This document shows, piece after piece, positions 61,831-64,000 of a DNA stretch of 64,000 nucleotides. Under the pieces are notes generated by a model. It was given only the letters and a program-made list of their open reading frames with translations. It was not told the DNA's origin and searched no databases. Positions within the stretch are counted from its first letter, which is position 1. Every line of letters starts with the position of its first letter. The DNA lies in the NCBI GenBank assembly GCA_010093815.1, contig ML996584.1. The stretch is one strand, 5' to 3'. The DNA comes from Pseudovirgaria hyperparasitica. Lineage: Eukaryota. Position numbers and translations under genes: made by a program.

Positions 61831-64000
61831 TATTAGAACTTAGCCTTAGATAGAACCTAATCTATACGTACCTTAGCTAATAGGGTTAGAAGGTAACGTG
61901 AAGGGCGGTAAATAGTTACATACTAGATAGATCAGCGTCTCTTTATATATATACTCTTAGATTCCTACTAAAAGGGTTTAGGAGTAATTTGTTCTATAAT
62001 AGAATATACTCTATTATTCTATCTAACTATACTACTATCTAATAACTCTATTCTTATATTTAAATTACTCTCTATATAGTACTATAGTTAAGATAGTCTA
62101 ACTAGAACTAAGAAGGTCGATATAATCTACTATAGAGATAAGTAATACTATATTAAATAATAGAGATCCTCTATAATTAGTATTAATTCTAGCCATTTCT
62201 AACTAAGAAGTAGAGATATTAGACTAAATCACGGAGCTTTTAGACGAAGAAATAGTAGATACGCTAAGTAACTTCTAATAATATAAAACTAGATAATAAG
62301 TCGTGACGGAGCCATATAAGGTATTATAATAAACTATTACTAAACTTTAGAAATATATCGCGAATTAGACTTAAGAGATTTAAACCCTTAAAGAATAGAT
62401 AGAACGCACGAAACTCCTTGTAAAGAGACGAGAACTTAAGGAGTCTCTTAAAGAACTACGCCGAACGATAGTAGATAGACGACTTTCTATACTAATTTAG
62501 GCGGAATTAGTTTACCTACTATTAGAGTTATAATAATCTACTATATACCTAGCCGCTTCGTTACCGATTTACCCTACTTCTTCTCTAGATATACTAAAAT
62601 CTAAAGACCTAACTATATTTATAGAGAAGAACTAAAAGGAGTAGAAAGACTAGAAGAGAGACTACGAAAAGTACTTCCTTAATAACCCTCTACTCTTTTC
62701 TACTAAAGTATAACATATTTCATTCAGAGAACGATACCTAGACTTATAATCCCGCGATTAATAGAATAGATAGAAGGAATTATAGCTACTATCTACGATA
62801 ACCTAGAAATATTTAGCTATATTTATACTAAACACCCTCAGAACAGATAGAGAACATAAAAGAAAGACACTATCTAAGTTAAGAAGCGTAGTATAACGAC
62901 CGAACTAGATATCTACTTAACTACTATAATACCTCTAAAACCTATAGAATAATATCCCTACGCTATAGAAAAATATTTATATATTCTAGTTTTACGAAGT
63001 ACTACTTCTATTAATCCGTAAAAGACTAGAAATAGTATTATTAAGTTTTAACTATCTATATAAATTAGAGGAGAAAGCTAATAAATACTACCGTATCCTT
63101 AAGGAACGTGGCTCTCTAGGTAAAACCGACAAACTCTATACGGGTTAGAAACGAGGTTAATCGAATACGTTCGATTAAGAGTAACCTTACCGCGATTAGT
63201 ACTAGAAGAGCGTAAATCGGGGTAGAAACGCGTTAAGAGAATACTAAAATAATTAAGGCGGTACTTCTTAATATAGAAAAGGATAAGATATAGACTTAAA
63301 TATAACGCCTATTATAAAATAGTAGGATTATAGCGTACTTCGTTACTATAAGTATAGAGAAATAGAATATATTTTATCTAACTATAAGAATCTAAAAAAA
63401 GAGTAGGCTAGTATATAAGATCTAACCGTATTCTTAGCTAAATTATATATACTTAGAAGAAGCCGTAGCGCCTTCCGGCGAGTAAAGACCTAATATTATT
63501 AAAAGTATTATTACCTATAGTAAATAGTAATAAAACTATATAGGCCCTCGTAGATACTAGTATAGAAGATAATTATATTTTATTAATTCTTATAAAGGAG
63601 TATAGATTATCGTATAATCTTAGTAAAGTTAGCCGAACTATTATAGTTAATAGATATAAAGTTAGAACTTTAGATAAAGCTATAATAAATTACGAAGTTT
63701 ATAACTTAAAGATAATAAAATAGTAGATATCTAATAAATTTATTATAGCTAATATTAGCTAATAGAATATGATTCTAGGGATGCCTTAGCTTAGACGCCT
63801 AAACTCTATCCTTAATTTTTAGAAGAAGATATTAACGTTCTAATAATACTATAGTAAATTATACTAGTAAGTTATAACTATTAGTAAGGAGATATAGAAC
63901 CTCGCTATATGGACCCGATTATCGCTAATCTATCTTACGTCCTTATTAATTATTAATAAAGATAAGAATAATAGTAATAATTAGGGCGAAGACACGCTAC
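61831..64000 (+). mobile_element. Ty3/gypsy LTR retrotransposon 5' part (LTR ~61831-62058, gag, protease), RIP-degraded; runs off the window
   Basis: De-RIP knuckle CYKCGEMGHISSNC (63344-63385); A7 run then gag stop at 63404; protease ALVDTGAEDNYI (63544-) and ILGMPWL (63772-63792) in the -1 frame. Inverted homologue of 18895-21064. Confidence 0.9.

Overview
Filamentous ascomycete (probably Dothideomycete) chromosome segment with two compartments. A ~39 kb GC-balanced, intron-containing gene island (~22357-61495) lies between AT-rich blocks hypermutated by RIP (1-~22350 and ~61497-64000). The island holds about 15 genes: an orphan coiled-coil gene, a small secreted 4-Cys effector candidate, a Prx5-type peroxiredoxin, SMC5, fumarase, two MFS transporters, cyclophilin-40, a C2-RasGAP, a Ser/Pro-rich protein, a GH27 alpha-galactosidase, a glycine-zipper protein, TRM44 and RPS30. 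The AT-rich DNA has almost no ORFs in the supplied track, but it can be read by hand by reversing C->T/G->A changes. Positions 1-18832 look like one RIP-fossilised, >18.8 kb, multi-gene Plavaka (CACTA-related) DNA transposon. It has a ...GTG terminus, subterminal 18-bp repeats, a Plavaka transposase, a divergent DUF6532-like gene, several unknown ORFs, and a ~1550-codon Upf1/DNA2-NAM7-type SF1 helicase with an N-terminal hexapeptide repeat and three CCHC knuckles. It interrupts the pol gene of a Ty3/gypsy element, which abuts a DD34E Tc1 element. A second, inverted copy of the same gypsy sits in a Fot1/pogo-like relic at the right edge. All de-RIP translations were done by eye; no database searches were run.
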